This document shows positions 20,537 to 32,393 of a stretch of 64,000 nt of DNA, one piece after another. The notes beneath the pieces were generated by a model. That model made no database searches. It saw only the letters and a program-made list of their open reading frames with translations, and was not told the origin of the DNA. This stretch comes from an uncultured delta proteobacterium. GTDB lineage: Bacteria; Desulfobacterota; Desulfobaccia; Desulfobaccales; 0-14-0-80-60-11. Where the stretch lies: contig CAWETI010000002.1 in NCBI GenBank assembly GCA_963812015.1, positions 1,056,001-1,120,000 of the forward strand, read 5' to 3'. A program made the position numbers and the translations under genes. Position 1 is the first letter of the stretch. The number at the start of each line of letters is the position of its first letter.

Positions 20537-21958
20537 TTAATCCCCGCGGTAACTGTCGGACTTGATGCCCAGGCGGCGCATGATTTTCTGGAGGGAGGCC
20601 CGGCCCAGGCCGCTTAAGGCCGCGGACCGGGAGACATTGCCACCGGTTTTTTCCAGCAGGTTCGACACGTAGGTAGAAGTAAATTGCTGGACCAGGCGTT
20701 CCTTGGCCTGATTGTACGATTCAACTCCCTCATCAGCCCTCTCCCCCCAAAGTTCCCAGACCGGGCCGGAATTCCCCCCGACCCCTTCCAGGGCCCGGAG
20801 TTCCGCGGAGCGAACCACGCTTTCCGGCGAAAACATCACCACCCGGCGCACCAGGTTTTGCAATTCCCGGACGTTGCCGGGCCAGGGACGCCGCATCAGC
20901 TCTTCCAGGGCCCCGGCGGTAAAGCGTTTGGGGGCCAGGCCCAGTTCCGAACACGCCAGGCGGGAAAAGTGGTTGACCAGCAGGGGGATGTCTTCCCGGA
21001 TTTCGGCCAAGGCCGGAGTTTTGAGGGTCACGACATTCAGCCGGTAGTAGAGGTCTTCTCGAAAGCTGCGGTCCCGGATCTTGGCTTCGATATTCTGATT
21101 GGTGGAAGACAGGATGCGGGCATCGACTTTGAGGGTTTTCGTAGCCCCCAGGGGTCTGACCTCCTGCTCCTGGAGGGCCCGGAGTAATTTGGTTTGGAGG
21201 GCGACCGGGATATCGCCGATTTCATCCAGGAACAGGGAACCGCGGTTGGCTTCTTCGAAGAACCCGATATGATCCTGATCGGCGCCGGTGAACGCCCCCC
21301 GCCGATGTCCGAAGAACTGGCTTTCCAGGAGATGTTCGGGGATCGACGGGCAGCTGACCGCCACCAGGGGGCGGTGTTGCCGCTTGCTCAGGGCATGGAT
21401 GGCCCGGGCGACCAACTCCTTGCCGGTGCCGCTCTCTCCCCGGATGATCACTGCATAGTCGGTGGGGGCGATGGCCTGGATTTTCTCATAGAGGCGGCGC
21501 ATAGGTGGGGACTGGCCCACCAGACCGGCAAACCCGGCGGTGTCGGCTACCCGGAGGCGGAGGTGGCGGTTTTCCCGGATGAGCCGGTTGCGTTCCAGGC
21601 CTTTGCGCACCGCCCGGAGGAGTGGTTCCTTCGTGAAGGGCTTGGTGATGAAATCATAGGCTCCCCGGCGCATGGCCTCCACCGCGATCTCGATGCTGCC
21701 ATAGGCGGTCATCATGATCACGGTGACCCAGGGGTCCTCTTTCCTGAGGGCCTCCAGGAGTTCAAAGCCATCGACCTCCGGCATGCGAATGTCCAGCAGG
21801 ACCAGGTCAACGGGCACCTGCCGCACCAGGCGCAGGGCCTGGCGGGCCCGGGAAGTGGTGGTAACTTCGACCTCCTCCAGATGCTGGTTGAAGATGCGCC
21901 GCAGGCCTTCCAGCATATCCGCTTCGTCATCAACGATCAGGATTCTTTCCTGAAGCAT
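20537..21958 (-). CDS. sigma54-dependent response regulator (REC-AAA+-HTH, NtrC family)
   Basis: LLDIRMP, GESGTGKE, GAFTGA, LFLDEIG, WPGNVREL. Confidence 0.95.
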   Translation of the reverse strand: MLQERILIVDDEADMLEGLRRIFNQHLEEVEVTTTSRARQALRLVRQVPVDLVLLDIRMPEVDGFELLEALRKEDPWVTVIMMTAYGSIEIAVEAMRRGAYDFITKPFTKEPLLRAVRKGLERNRLIRENRHLRLRVADTAGFAGLVGQSPPMRRLYEKIQAIAPTDYAVIIRGESGTGKELVARAIHALSKRQHRPLVAVSCPSIPEHLLESQFFGHRRGAFTGADQDHIGFFEEANRGSLFLDEIGDIPVALQTKLLRALQEQEVRPLGATKTLKVDARILSSTNQNIEAKIRDRSFREDLYYRLNVVTLKTPALAEIREDIPLLVNHFSRLACSELGLAPKRFTAGALEELMRRPWPGNVRELQNLVRRVVMFSPESVVRSAELRALEGVGGNSGPVWELWGERADEGVESYNQAKERLVQQFTSTYVSNLLEKTGGNVSRSAALSGLGRASLQKIMRRLGIKSDSYRGD

Positions 21959-21964
21959 CGCCCC

Positions 21965-24523
21965 TTACCTCGATTCCCCTAACGGCAGCTCGATGGTGAA
22001 CCGGGTCCATCGGCCCGGCTTACTCTCCACCTGGATGTCGCCGCCATGGTCCTTGACAATCCCGTAACTGACCGACAGCCCCAGGCCGGTGCCTTCCCCG
22101 GTCTTTTTGGTGCTGAAGAAGGGATCAAAGATGCGGTCAATGATCTCCGGAGGTATCCCGGGGCCGTTGTCCCAGAAGGTGATGTGCACCTTACCGTCGT
22201 CTTCGAGGAAGCGCGTCCTGATGCGGATGGCGCCACGGCCATTGATCGCCTGTCGGGAATTCATCAGCAGGTTCAAATAGACCTGCTTCATCTTGTTGGC
22301 ATCGACCTTCGCCAACGGCAATCCGGGGGCGAGGTCCAGTTCAATGGGGCAGTGTTGTCGCCGGAACTGGGGCTCCACCATGCGCACCACTTCTTCGATG
22401 GTGGCATTCAGGTCGGTGGGCTGGCGGGCCGTCTCCTGGCCCCGGGCAAACTCCAGGAGATCAGCCACAATACGTTGACAATTGACGGCATGCTTCTCGA
22501 TGGTGGCCACGTCCTTGAAACCCTGGGGAAAATCGGCCAGCTGGCTCTTGAGCAAATCCGCGTAACAGAGAATCACCCCCAGGGGATTGTTGATCTCGTG
22601 GGCGATGCCTCCGGCCAGTTGTCCCAAGGAGGCCAATTTTTCCGCATGCTGGATGCGGTGCTCCACCCGCTTTTCGGCGGTGATGTCCTTGGCGTTGCGC
22701 ACGATGCTGACCACCTCGCCCCGCTCGTCGACAATGGGGTAGTAGTGCATCAGAAAAATTTCCCCCTTGCCGCTCTGGACCTCTTCGGTCATCGGCTGCT
22801 TGGTTTGAAAGACGGTTTCCAGGCTACTTTGGGGGAGGGGACAGTTACCGTCGCCGGCAAGGGAACCGCACGGCTGGTCCAACACTTCTGCCAGGGTCAC
22901 CCCGTAGTGTCGGAGATAGGCCTGGTTGACCATCTTGATGCGCCGGTCCCGATCCAGGAGGACCATCATATCGGTGATGCCATCAAAGACGGACTGGAGG
23001 AGGTCCTTGCTGTGCACCAGTTGTTCCACATTTTGCAGACTTTCGATGGTGATGCCGATCTGTTGCCCCACCGAATGCAGCAGTTCTTGCCTCTCAGGGG
23101 TGATCTCGTTGAAATCCACCTGCACGAAGGTCATGACCCCCAGAACCTTACGCCGGCAAACCAAGGGCACATTCAGACAATTCTGTCCCTCAGGGCAGGG
23201 GAAAAAACTCATGCGGCCACTCGCGGCTTGGGCCAGGGAAGCGGACAGTTCGGTGACGCCTCCGGCCTGAGCGGCCTGGATCTGGCCGGGATCAATATTC
23301 ATGCAGGCCAGGAGGTGGACGGCATTTTCCTGATACTGGAGTTCCAGGCGGGGGGGATCGTCCCGTAGCAGATACAAGGCTGCCCCCCGGGCCGGGATCA
23401 ACTTCAAGGTCTGGAGCAGCACCCGGGGCACAATATCCGCCAGATTGACCGCCCGGGTAATCAATTCGGCGATGGTGTTCAGGGTGTGAAGCTCCTGGTT
23501 GCGGGCCGCGATCTTCTCCTGCAGCTGGCGCTGGGATTCTTCCAGGGCTTCGGTGCGTTGGCTCACCTTGACTTCCAGGTTTTCGGCGTATTCTTCCAAT
23601 TGCTGGCGGGTGTCCCGGAGATGACCCACCATGACCTGGGCGGCGGCGGTGATCTCGCTGATTTCGTCTTTGGCTTTGGCCTCCGTCAACAATTCCAGTT
23701 CTTTTTCGTCCCGGAGACCGTGGCGGAAGACATCCAGCAAATCCCTCAGACTGTGGATGACCACCCGGTTGAAGCAGAAGAAGATGCCCACATAGAGGAG
23801 CGAGAGGCCAAAGAAACTGAGGCCGAAGATGGAGATGGCCCGTTCCTTGATCTTGGCCAGGGCGAGGTCCACCGGGATGATCACCGCGGTCACCCCGGCG
23901 ATATCCCCGGGTTTGTAGCCGAACCCCCGCGTGCGGCCATAGAGCTTCAGGAGGTCCGGGGGTGCGCTGTCGGGATTGCCATGGCAATGCATGCAGTCTG
24001 GAGTGAAATAAACCGGGCGGGAATGAACGAAACTGTTCTGGCCGGCGATCTGGACGATGCCCTGCCAGCTTTGCAGCTGCGAGTTGGCGGCGAAAAAATT
24101 GATCAGCTTCACCTCGAAGGGTTTGGGGTCGGAAGCGGGATTCCGGGCGTGCAGGGCCACTCGTCGGATCTGGTATTCCGGCAGGGTCTCCTTGAGGCGG
24201 TCCATCACCGCCCGGCCCACGTAGGAGGTGGACATGGCTTCCAACAAAAAGGCGTTACGGCCTAACACCTGGTACATCTTGGGCCGCAGCACCTCCTGGA
24301 CGTAACTCCGGGTGGCCTCCGCGGCGGCCATGACCATTTCGGCCTTGTCATGGGCCGCTTCTTCCAACAGCCGCTTTTCCCGGGAATAGATGAGCAGGGC
24401 GATGATTAAGCAAAAGCCCAGGAAAATGACTCCCACCCCCAGGAGAAATTTGCGTTGGAGGCTGAGTGACCTGTGGAGACGCGTGGTTTTTTGCCCCGGG
24501 GGCGTTGGCTGCAATTCTGGCAT
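21965..24523 (-). CDS. Sensor histidine kinase with periplasmic c-type haem (DUF3365-like), GAF and PAS domains
   Basis: CMHCH between two TM helices, AHEINNPL H-box, DNGPGI, GTGLGL. Confidence 0.9.
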   Translation of the reverse strand: MPELQPTPPGQKTTRLHRSLSLQRKFLLGVGVIFLGFCLIIALLIYSREKRLLEEAAHDKAEMVMAAAEATRSYVQEVLRPKMYQVLGRNAFLLEAMSTSYVGRAVMDRLKETLPEYQIRRVALHARNPASDPKPFEVKLINFFAANSQLQSWQGIVQIAGQNSFVHSRPVYFTPDCMHCHGNPDSAPPDLLKLYGRTRGFGYKPGDIAGVTAVIIPVDLALAKIKERAISIFGLSFFGLSLLYVGIFFCFNRVVIHSLRDLLDVFRHGLRDEKELELLTEAKAKDEISEITAAAQVMVGHLRDTRQQLEEYAENLEVKVSQRTEALEESQRQLQEKIAARNQELHTLNTIAELITRAVNLADIVPRVLLQTLKLIPARGAALYLLRDDPPRLELQYQENAVHLLACMNIDPGQIQAAQAGGVTELSASLAQAASGRMSFFPCPEGQNCLNVPLVCRRKVLGVMTFVQVDFNEITPERQELLHSVGQQIGITIESLQNVEQLVHSKDLLQSVFDGITDMMVLLDRDRRIKMVNQAYLRHYGVTLAEVLDQPCGSLAGDGNCPLPQSSLETVFQTKQPMTEEVQSGKGEIFLMHYYPIVDERGEVVSIVRNAKDITAEKRVEHRIQHAEKLASLGQLAGGIAHEINNPLGVILCYADLLKSQLADFPQGFKDVATIEKHAVNCQRIVADLLEFARGQETARQPTDLNATIEEVVRMVEPQFRRQHCPIELDLAPGLPLAKVDANKMKQVYLNLLMNSRQAINGRGAIRIRTRFLEDDGKVHITFWDNGPGIPPEIIDRIFDPFFSTKKTGEGTGLGLSVSYGIVKDHGGDIQVESKPGRWTRFTIELPLGESR

Positions 24524-24618
24524 AGCCTGAAGCTCCTCGCCGCTGGAACCGCGCCTGCGGTCGGCTAAGAGGATTTGATCCGACTATAAAGAAAAATCGT
24601 TAAGAATGCCACCCCGAA

Positions 24619-24658
24619 GAAGCATAAAATGCTTCCGCAAGGAAGCACTAAAGGCCTT
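24619..24658. promoter_or_regulatory. Probable enhancer (UAS) for the sigma54 regulator
   Basis: Perfect palindrome GAAGCAT-AAA-ATGCTTC (24619-24635) plus a degenerate second copy, 100-130 bp upstream of the sigma54 promoter. Confidence 0.55.
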
Positions 24659-24750
24659 GTCGGCCTGGCCGGGCCTGGCAGCTCGTAAATAACCCATTGC
24701 TATTACAGACAAATAATCTCTATACCTCAACCGCTTTTGCTGTCTTCTTT

Positions 24751-24766
24751 TGGCACTTTCCTTGCT
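24751..24766 (+). promoter_or_regulatory. sigma54 -24/-12 promoter
   Basis: TGGCAC-TTTCC-TTGCT, near-consensus. Confidence 0.8.
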
Positions 24767-24913
24767 TGGTCCATGAGCAGAACCGCAAAAATCTGGCGGG
24801 AAACGAGATTCCGGATGGTGACGGACCGCTGGTCACCTGGATAATCAAGCGAGGAGGAGTGCTTATGACCAACCACCACCAAGAAACTTCACTTATTATC
24901 AGGAGGTTATGAC

Positions 24914-26353
24914 ATGGAAGGAAAAAAAGGTATCAGCGAAGACTGGTTATCCTTATGGATGGGGCTGTTTATCTTCGTCCTCGGCCTGGGCATGTTTGTG
25001 GGACTGGACACTCTGGGGTGGGGTATCAAGACCAGTATCTGGGTTGATATCAACAAGGCCCTGTCGCCAATCTCCGGAAGCCTCAAAGGCATGCCGGGAC
25101 TCATTTCTCTTTTTCTGACTTATCTCTTTATGCTCATGGTCACCATGATCGGCGCGGCGGCCATGGGGGTTAACGCCAGACGTTTTCTGGTGGGTTTCAC
25201 CCTGGTCTTCTGGATAAGTTACGGTTGTTTTCTTTTGGGCCATTTTGCCTATTTTGCGGCCAATACCCCGGAAATGATGAAGAGTATGGGCCTCGGCTGG
25301 TCATTGAAGCTGACGGGAGAAGGGGGGTTTATTGTCGCCCTCATCGCCGGCTTGCTCGTGGGTAACTTTATCCCCGGACTGGCCAAAGCGATGGAAGCCG
25401 CCACCCGCCCCGAGCTCTATATTAAAACGGCTATCGTCATCTTGGGCGCTCTTTTAGGGGTGAAGGCAGCAGGGTCCGTGGGACTGGCTTCGGCGGTCAT
25501 GTTCCGGGGACTGTGCGCCATCATTGAAGCTTACTTGATCTACTGGGCCGTGGTTTACTTCGTCGCCCGGAAGTATTTCAAGTTCAGCCGGGAGTGGGCC
25601 GCGCCCCTGGCCTCCGGCATCTCCATCTGCGGGGTCTCGGCGGCCATCGCCACCGGCGGCGCCATCCGGGCCCGTCCGGTGGTGCCCATCATGGTCTCTT
25701 CCCTGGTGGTCATCTTCGCGGTGGTGGAGTTGCTGGTCCTGCCTTTTTTGGCCCAGGCGTTTTTATGGTCCGAGCCTCTGGTGGCCGGGGCCTGGATGGG
25801 GCTGGCGGTTAAGACCGACGGGGCCGCGGTGGCCAGTGGCGCCATCGTCGACTCCCTGATCCGGGCCAAGGCCTTGGCTGAGAGCGGAATAAATTATCAG
25901 GCGGGCTTTATGGTTATGACGGCCACCACCGTGAAGATCTTCATCGATATCTTCATCGGGGTTTGGGCCTTTATCCTGGCGGTGATCTGGTGCACCAAGA
26001 TCGAATGCACCGGCGGCCGTATTAAGGCCATCGAGATCTGGGAAAGGTTCCCCAAGTTCGTTCTCGGTTACGCCTTGACCTTTTTCCTGATGTTGATTAT
26101 CTGCCTGTCGTCTCCAGCCACTTTGAAAACGGCTAACGCCGCGGTGGCGGGTATGGACACCTTCCGGGTCATGTTCTTTGTCCTGACCTTCTTTACCATC
26201 GGGATGGTGTCCAACTTCAAGAAGCTCTGGGAAGAAGGCATCGGCAGATTGGCGGCAGTGTATGTGCTCTGTCTCTTCGGATTTATCATCTGGGTGGGTC
26301 TGCTGATATCGTGGATCTTTTTCCATGGGGTCAAGCCGCCCCTGGCGGGCTAA
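24914..26353 (+). CDS. YeiH/putative sulfate exporter family membrane protein
   Basis: GISICGVSAAIA, GAWMGLAVKTDG, ERFPKFVLG, many TM segments. Confidence 0.85.
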   Translation: MEGKKGISEDWLSLWMGLFIFVLGLGMFVGLDTLGWGIKTSIWVDINKALSPISGSLKGMPGLISLFLTYLFMLMVTMIGAAAMGVNARRFLVGFTLVFWISYGCFLLGHFAYFAANTPEMMKSMGLGWSLKLTGEGGFIVALIAGLLVGNFIPGLAKAMEAATRPELYIKTAIVILGALLGVKAAGSVGLASAVMFRGLCAIIEAYLIYWAVVYFVARKYFKFSREWAAPLASGISICGVSAAIATGGAIRARPVVPIMVSSLVVIFAVVELLVLPFLAQAFLWSEPLVAGAWMGLAVKTDGAAVASGAIVDSLIRAKALAESGINYQAGFMVMTATTVKIFIDIFIGVWAFILAVIWCTKIECTGGRIKAIEIWERFPKFVLGYALTFFLMLIICLSSPATLKTANAAVAGMDTFRVMFFVLTFFTIGMVSNFKKLWEEGIGRLAAVYVLCLFGFIIWVGLLISWIFFHGVKPPLAG

Positions 26354-26372
26354 TTTGCCAAAGGAGGTAGTC

Positions 26373-26582
26373 ATGGCTGAAGAAATCAAATTGCCGCCCG
26401 AGGAAGAACCGGTAGTGCCCCCGGCGGAAGAAGCCAAGTTGATTGATGAATTGCGGAAGATGGAGTATGAACCGCTTCTACCCATCGAGAAAAAACTCAT
26501 CTCCTGGAGCCTCATCATCGGAGTGGTTTCCCTGGGCTTCCTGGTCTGGGTCAGCTACACTTTTTTTCCCGGCGGCCATTAA
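26373..26582 (+). CDS. Small single-TM protein co-transcribed with the YeiH gene
   Basis: SD AGGAGG, MAEEIK...EPLLPIEKKLISWSL. Confidence 0.75.
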   Translation: MAEEIKLPPEEEPVVPPAEEAKLIDELRKMEYEPLLPIEKKLISWSLIIGVVSLGFLVWVSYTFFPGGH

Positions 26583-26748
26583 GCCGGGTACGTGAAATGC
26601 AGAAAGCCCCGGGCGCGGTTGGGCCTGGGGCCTTTTTTATAAGGTTTCGAGTGCCACATTTGTTGTAAGGGCCGATATAGGTGTCGGCCCTTTTTGAGGG
26701 CGGACCCGCGAGTTTGCCGCTACAGTTCTCTTTGATGGCGACCCGGCA

Positions 26749-27570
26749 TCAGGCCTTCGGGGGGCCTTTGGCCAGCACCGTGAACCACATGTTTTCATCC
26801 AGGGTCGCCACCGCGATGAGGGGCGTGGCCGTGAGACGCATCAACAACTTATCCAGTTGGGCCCCCAGGATGCCGGAGAAGATATACCAGTCCTTGTTGA
26901 GAAACTCCGGTATATCTAAAAGGTCCAGGAGCACGTCCAGGTGGATATTGGCCAGGGCCAGGCTTGCCGGCAGGTGGGCGAAATGCCGGGCATCGGCCTG
27001 GATGAGGTGCACTTCGGACCGGCGTTGATTATGCTTCAGGTTCCGGGCACAGGTTAGCACCGCCAGTTCGTTGTACTCCACCGCCACCACCCGCTGCGCC
27101 CCCAATGACAGAGCCGCCAGGGCCAGGATGCCGGTGCCGGTGCCCAGGTCCAGGACCCGCTGGGGGGTGTCCGCCTCATAGACCCGGCGCAGCAGGGTAA
27201 GGCAGGTTCGAGTGGTGGGGTGGTAGCCGGAGCCGAAGGCCAGGCCCGGCTCCATGCGGATAACAAGTTCGCCCTCTGCCGGGGCCGGGGTCTCCCACAC
27301 CGGGCAGAGGTGAAACCCCGCCATGGACGTTTTCTGTAAGGGCTGGCCCGCCTCCCAGTCGGCGTAGTTCATGACGCTCTCGGAGGAGTAGCGGGCGTTG
27401 GCGAGGGTGGCCACCCAGGCCTTGACCCGGCCTTCTTTGGGGTGCCCGAAGAAGAGGTAGGAATAATCCCCCTCCCGCCAGCAGCCCAGGAAATCATCCC
27501 CGGTGAGGTCGTCCGGCGGGTAGACGCGGCCCTGGATTTCGTAGATGAAGAGTTTTTCCGGCGGCGGCAT
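26749..27570 (-). CDS. prmA: Ribosomal protein L11 methyltransferase-like
   Basis: PGLAFGSGYHPTT, LDLGTGTGILA, ANI. Confidence 0.7.
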   Translation of the reverse strand: MPPPEKLFIYEIQGRVYPPDDLTGDDFLGCWREGDYSYLFFGHPKEGRVKAWVATLANARYSSESVMNYADWEAGQPLQKTSMAGFHLCPVWETPAPAEGELVIRMEPGLAFGSGYHPTTRTCLTLLRRVYEADTPQRVLDLGTGTGILALAALSLGAQRVVAVEYNELAVLTCARNLKHNQRRSEVHLIQADARHFAHLPASLALANIHLDVLLDLLDIPEFLNKDWYIFSGILGAQLDKLLMRLTATPLIAVATLDENMWFTVLAKGPPKA

Positions 27571-27903
27571 AATGCTTAATTTTAACCACAAAGATGCCGG
27601 GGGCACGAAGAAAAAAACACCATGCGCTTCTCTTGGGGTGCTGGGCGTTGTGCTCGTTGAAAATTCTCGTCACGTTCGCAAGCCGACCCCTGGGAAGGAG
27701 GTCAATGACCGGGGCTCCGAAACTGTTGGGGGGGGCGAGGTCACCTTACCCCGGGGAAAATCCCCTCCACGGGGCCGACCACCGGCAGAACCGGTCAAGA
27801 ACCCGGTCCGCCGAATCCTCCAATTATTTTTCCCAAAGTCTTGCCTCCTGGCGCGTTTTATGGTTATTTTGATAGATTAAAACCAAATCAAGGGAACTCT
27901 GGT

Positions 27904-28407
27904 ATGGAACTCAAAGGGAAAGTGCACAAGTTCGGTGATGACGTCAACACCGATGAGATCATTCCGGCCCGGTATCTCAACACCTCCGACCACCAGGAAC
28001 TGGCCAAGCACGCCATGGAGGACGCGGACCCGGAGTTTGTCAACAAGATGAAGCCCGGGGATTTTATCGTGGCCGGCAAGAATTTCGGCTGCGGCTCCTC
28101 CCGGGAGCACGCCCCCATCGCTTTGAAGGTTGCGGGCATCGCCGCGGTGATTGCCGGGAGTTTTGCCCGGATCTTCTTCCGCAACTCCTTCAACATGGGT
28201 CTGGCCATTTTCGAGTGCCCGGAGGCCGCGGCCGAGATCAAGGACGGCCAGAATATCAGCGTTGACCTGGACACCGGGGTCATCACCGACCTGACTACCG
28301 GCAAGAAATATGTGAGCCAACCCATTCCGCCGTTCATGCAGGAACTGCTGGCGACCGGCGGCCTCATGGCCTTTGTCAAAAAGCATCTGGAGGCGAAATC
28401 AGCATGA
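27904..28407 (+). CDS. leuD: 3-isopropylmalate dehydratase small subunit
   Basis: NTDEIIPARYL, NFGCGSSREHA. Confidence 0.93.
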   Translation: MELKGKVHKFGDDVNTDEIIPARYLNTSDHQELAKHAMEDADPEFVNKMKPGDFIVAGKNFGCGSSREHAPIALKVAGIAAVIAGSFARIFFRNSFNMGLAIFECPEAAAEIKDGQNISVDLDTGVITDLTTGKKYVSQPIPPFMQELLATGGLMAFVKKHLEAKSA

Positions 28408-29471
28408 GTACTTATAAGATCGCAGTTATCCCCGGGGACGGCACCGGCCCGGAAGTGGTGGCCGAGGGCATCAAGGTCCTCAATGCCGTGGCGGGTCCCG
28501 CGGGCCTCAAATTCGACTACACCTATTATGACCTGGGCGGCGAGCGCTACAAGCGCACCGGTGAAACCCTGCCGGAGTCGGTCATCCAGGAATTGCGCCA
28601 GTTCCAAGTTATCTATCTCGGGGCCATCGGTCACCCGGACGTAGCCCCGGGCATCCTGGAAAAAGGCATCCTCCTCAAGGCCCGTTTCGAGCTGGACCAG
28701 TACATCAATTTGAGGCCCGTAGTGCTCTATCCAGGGGTGGAGACGCCCCTGAAGGACAAGGGCCCCAAAGACATCGATTTTGCGGTGGTGCGGGAAAACA
28801 CCGAAGGCCTGTACGCCGGGGCCGGGGGCGTTCTGAAATTCGGCACCCCGGACGAGGTGGCTGTCCAGGAATCCATCAACACCCGGAAGGGCGTGGACCG
28901 CTGCTTGAAGTTCGCCTTCGAGCTGGCCCGGAAGCGCAACCGGGCCAAGAAGCTCACCCTGGTGGCCAAGACCAACGTCCTCACCTTCGCCTCCGGCCTG
29001 TGGTTCCGGGCCTTTGAGGCCATGGCCCCCCAATATCCGGACGTGGCCACCGATTACGCCCACGTGGACGCCACCTGCATGTGGTTTGTTAAAAACCCCG
29101 AGTGGTTCGACGTGGTGGTGACGGATAATTTGTTCGGCGATATTATCACCGACCTGGGAGCGATGATACAAGGCGGCATGGGTGTGGCCGCGGGAGGCAA
29201 TATCAACCCCGAAGGCGTGTCGATGTTCGAACCCATCGGCGGGTCGGCCCCAAAATATACGGGTCTGGGGGTGGTGAATCCTCTGGCCGCGATCGGCGCG
29301 GCCCAGATGATGCTGGACCAGCTGGGCGAGATCAAGGCCGCGGCCGCGGTGGAAGCCGCCATTCGGAAAACCGCCGCCAACGACATGCAGAGCATGGCCG
29401 CCGGGAAGATGGGCTTGTCCACCAGCCAGGTGGGCGATAAGGTGGCCAACTACGCGGTAGAAATGGTATAA
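28404..29471 (+). CDS. leuB: 3-isopropylmalate dehydrogenase
   Basis: PGDGTGPEV, RENTEG, NLFGDIITD, FEPIGGSAP. Confidence 0.93.
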   Translation: MSTYKIAVIPGDGTGPEVVAEGIKVLNAVAGPAGLKFDYTYYDLGGERYKRTGETLPESVIQELRQFQVIYLGAIGHPDVAPGILEKGILLKARFELDQYINLRPVVLYPGVETPLKDKGPKDIDFAVVRENTEGLYAGAGGVLKFGTPDEVAVQESINTRKGVDRCLKFAFELARKRNRAKKLTLVAKTNVLTFASGLWFRAFEAMAPQYPDVATDYAHVDATCMWFVKNPEWFDVVVTDNLFGDIITDLGAMIQGGMGVAAGGNINPEGVSMFEPIGGSAPKYTGLGVVNPLAAIGAAQMMLDQLGEIKAAAAVEAAIRKTAANDMQSMAAGKMGLSTSQVGDKVANYAVEMV

Positions 29472-29571
29472 TCGGTGAACAGTGAGCCGTAAATGATGAG
29501 CCTAAAGGAAAATTGACAGAGATTCTTTTAGCTGAAAGCTGAGAGTTATTTCCCCAGGAGAGTTTGCAATC

Positions 29572-30699
<1,128 letters not shown>

Positions 30700-30717
30700 G
30701 CTCCAAAGGAGCAGTCG

Positions 30718-31290
30718 ATGCGCATCATCGCCGGTGCATTAAAGGGCCGCCGGCTGGCCCCGGTGCAAGGCAGGATCCGGCCCACCGCGGCCAAGGTCCG
30801 GGAGGCGGTGTTCAACATCCTGGGGCCCGCGGTGGTTGGGGTGAGGGTGCTGGATCTGTTTGCCGGCACCGGCGCCCTGGGGATCGAGGCCTTGAGCCGG
30901 GGGGCGACGAGCGCTTTGTTCGTGGAAGAGCACCCCGGGGCCTTGAAGGTGCTGCGTCGCAACCTGGAGGATCTGGGTCTGCTGGACCGAATTACGGTCT
31001 GGCCGCTGCCGGTGGCCGCGGCCCTGAAGAAGCTGGCCGGTCGGGGCGAGCGCTTCGGCCTGGCCTTCCTGGACCCCCCTTACGGCGGCGGGGCGGCGGC
31101 CGCGGCCTTGCAAGCCCTGGCCGATCTTGACCTCCTTACCCCCGGGGCCCGGGTAGTAGTGGAGCACAGCCGCCGGGAGACCTTGCCGGAGGTTTGCGGT
31201 CAACTGGCTCCCCTTGCGGTGCGGCGTTATGGCGACACCCAGGTGGCTTTCTATCTGAAGGAAGAACCAGCAGAACAGGAGCATGAGTAA
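30718..31290 (+). CDS. rsmD: 16S rRNA m2G966 methyltransferase
   Basis: MRIIAG, RPT, LDLFAGTGALG, DPPY, RYGDT. Confidence 0.95.
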   Translation: MRIIAGALKGRRLAPVQGRIRPTAAKVREAVFNILGPAVVGVRVLDLFAGTGALGIEALSRGATSALFVEEHPGALKVLRRNLEDLGLLDRITVWPLPVAAALKKLAGRGERFGLAFLDPPYGGGAAAAALQALADLDLLTPGARVVVEHSRRETLPEVCGQLAPLAVRRYGDTQVAFYLKEEPAEQEHE

Positions 31291-31293
31291 CTG

Positions 31294-31779
31294 ATGCCCG
31301 ATATCGCAGTCTATCCCGGCTCATTCGACCCCATCACCAACGGCCATCTGGACCTGATCCAGCGGGCTTTAAAGGTCTTTGACCGGATCATCGTGGCGGT
31401 GGCCACCAACGCCTTCAAAAAATCCCTCTTCACCATTGAAGAGCGGATGGAAATGATCCGGGTGTCCCTGGCGGATTACCCCATGGTCACCATTGACACC
31501 TTCGACGGCCTGCTGGTGAAGTACGCCACGCGTCAAAAAGCCCGGGCCATCCTGCGGGGTCTCAGGGCCGTTACCGATTTCGAGTACGAATTTCAGCTGG
31601 CCATGATGAACCGCCGGCTGGAACCGGAAATCGAGACGGTGTTTCTCATGACCGGCCTGCGCTGGGTCTTTCTGAGCTCCAGCATCCTCAAAGAAGCGGC
31701 GGTGCATGGCGGCGACATCGCGGGCATGGTGCCGGAAATCGTGTTTCACAAACTTCGGGAAAAATTTGGCTTAAAGTAA
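31294..31779 (+). CDS. coaD: Phosphopantetheine adenylyltransferase
   Basis: YPGSFDPITNGH, RGLRAVTDFEYE. Confidence 0.97.
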   Translation: MPDIAVYPGSFDPITNGHLDLIQRALKVFDRIIVAVATNAFKKSLFTIEERMEMIRVSLADYPMVTIDTFDGLLVKYATRQKARAILRGLRAVTDFEYEFQLAMMNRRLEPEIETVFLMTGLRWVFLSSSILKEAAVHGGDIAGMVPEIVFHKLREKFGLK

Positions 31780-31791
31780 GGGGCGGAGCCA

Positions 31792-32211
31792 GTGCGAATC
31801 TGCGTTATCGACGGCCAGGGTGGCGGCATCGGCGCCGCGCTCATCAAGCGCCTGAAAGAGGTCTACCGGGAGGAGCACGAGGTCATCGCCCTGGGCACCA
31901 ACGCGGTGGCCACCGCCCAGATGATGAAGGCCCGGGCCAACCGGGGGGCCAGCGGGGAAAACGCCATCGTCCGCACCGTGGCCACGGCCGATGTCATTTT
32001 GGGCTGCCTCTCCATTGTCCTGGCCAACTCTATGATGGGGGAAGTGACCCCCAAGATGGCCGAAGCCATTGCCTCGGCCCCGGCCCGGAAGATTTTGCTG
32101 CCCTTGACTCAAGAGGCGGTGGAGATCGTCGGCCTGATCCCCGAACCTCTCCCCCACCTGGTGGATAAGATCGTCAGCCAGAAGTTAAAGGAGGTAATCG
32201 ACCATGTGTGA
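31792..32211 (+). CDS. DUF3842-family protein
   Basis: IDGQGGGIG, GTNAVAT, ASGENA, SMMGEVTP. Confidence 0.8.
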   Translation: MRICVIDGQGGGIGAALIKRLKEVYREEHEVIALGTNAVATAQMMKARANRGASGENAIVRTVATADVILGCLSIVLANSMMGEVTPKMAEAIASAPARKILLPLTQEAVEIVGLIPEPLPHLVDKIVSQKLKEVIDHV

Positions 32212-32392
32212 AGCGACGGCGTACCTGTTAAAAAACGGCCAGGAGGAACTGGTTCTCAAGGATGTGGATGTTATCGAGCCGGATGGCGACAGCGTCAGGA
32301 TTGTCAATATTTTTGGGGAACAGAAGGTGTTGAAGGCCCAGATCCACAGCCTGAATCTGATCAATCATAAGGTCTTGCTGGTGGAAAAATAA
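32204..32392 (+). CDS. CooT-family small nickel-binding protein
   Basis: MCEATAY...IFGEQK...LINH. Confidence 0.8.
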   Translation: MCEATAYLLKNGQEELVLKDVDVIEPDGDSVRIVNIFGEQKVLKAQIHSLNLINHKVLLVEK

Positions 32393-32393
32393 C

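Noticed and set aside
27620..27800. Possible riboswitch or leader in the prmA-leuD spacer (cobalamin-like CCCCC.CAAC)
   Set aside because: The B12-box and core elements are not found, leaving only generic GC-rich hairpins.
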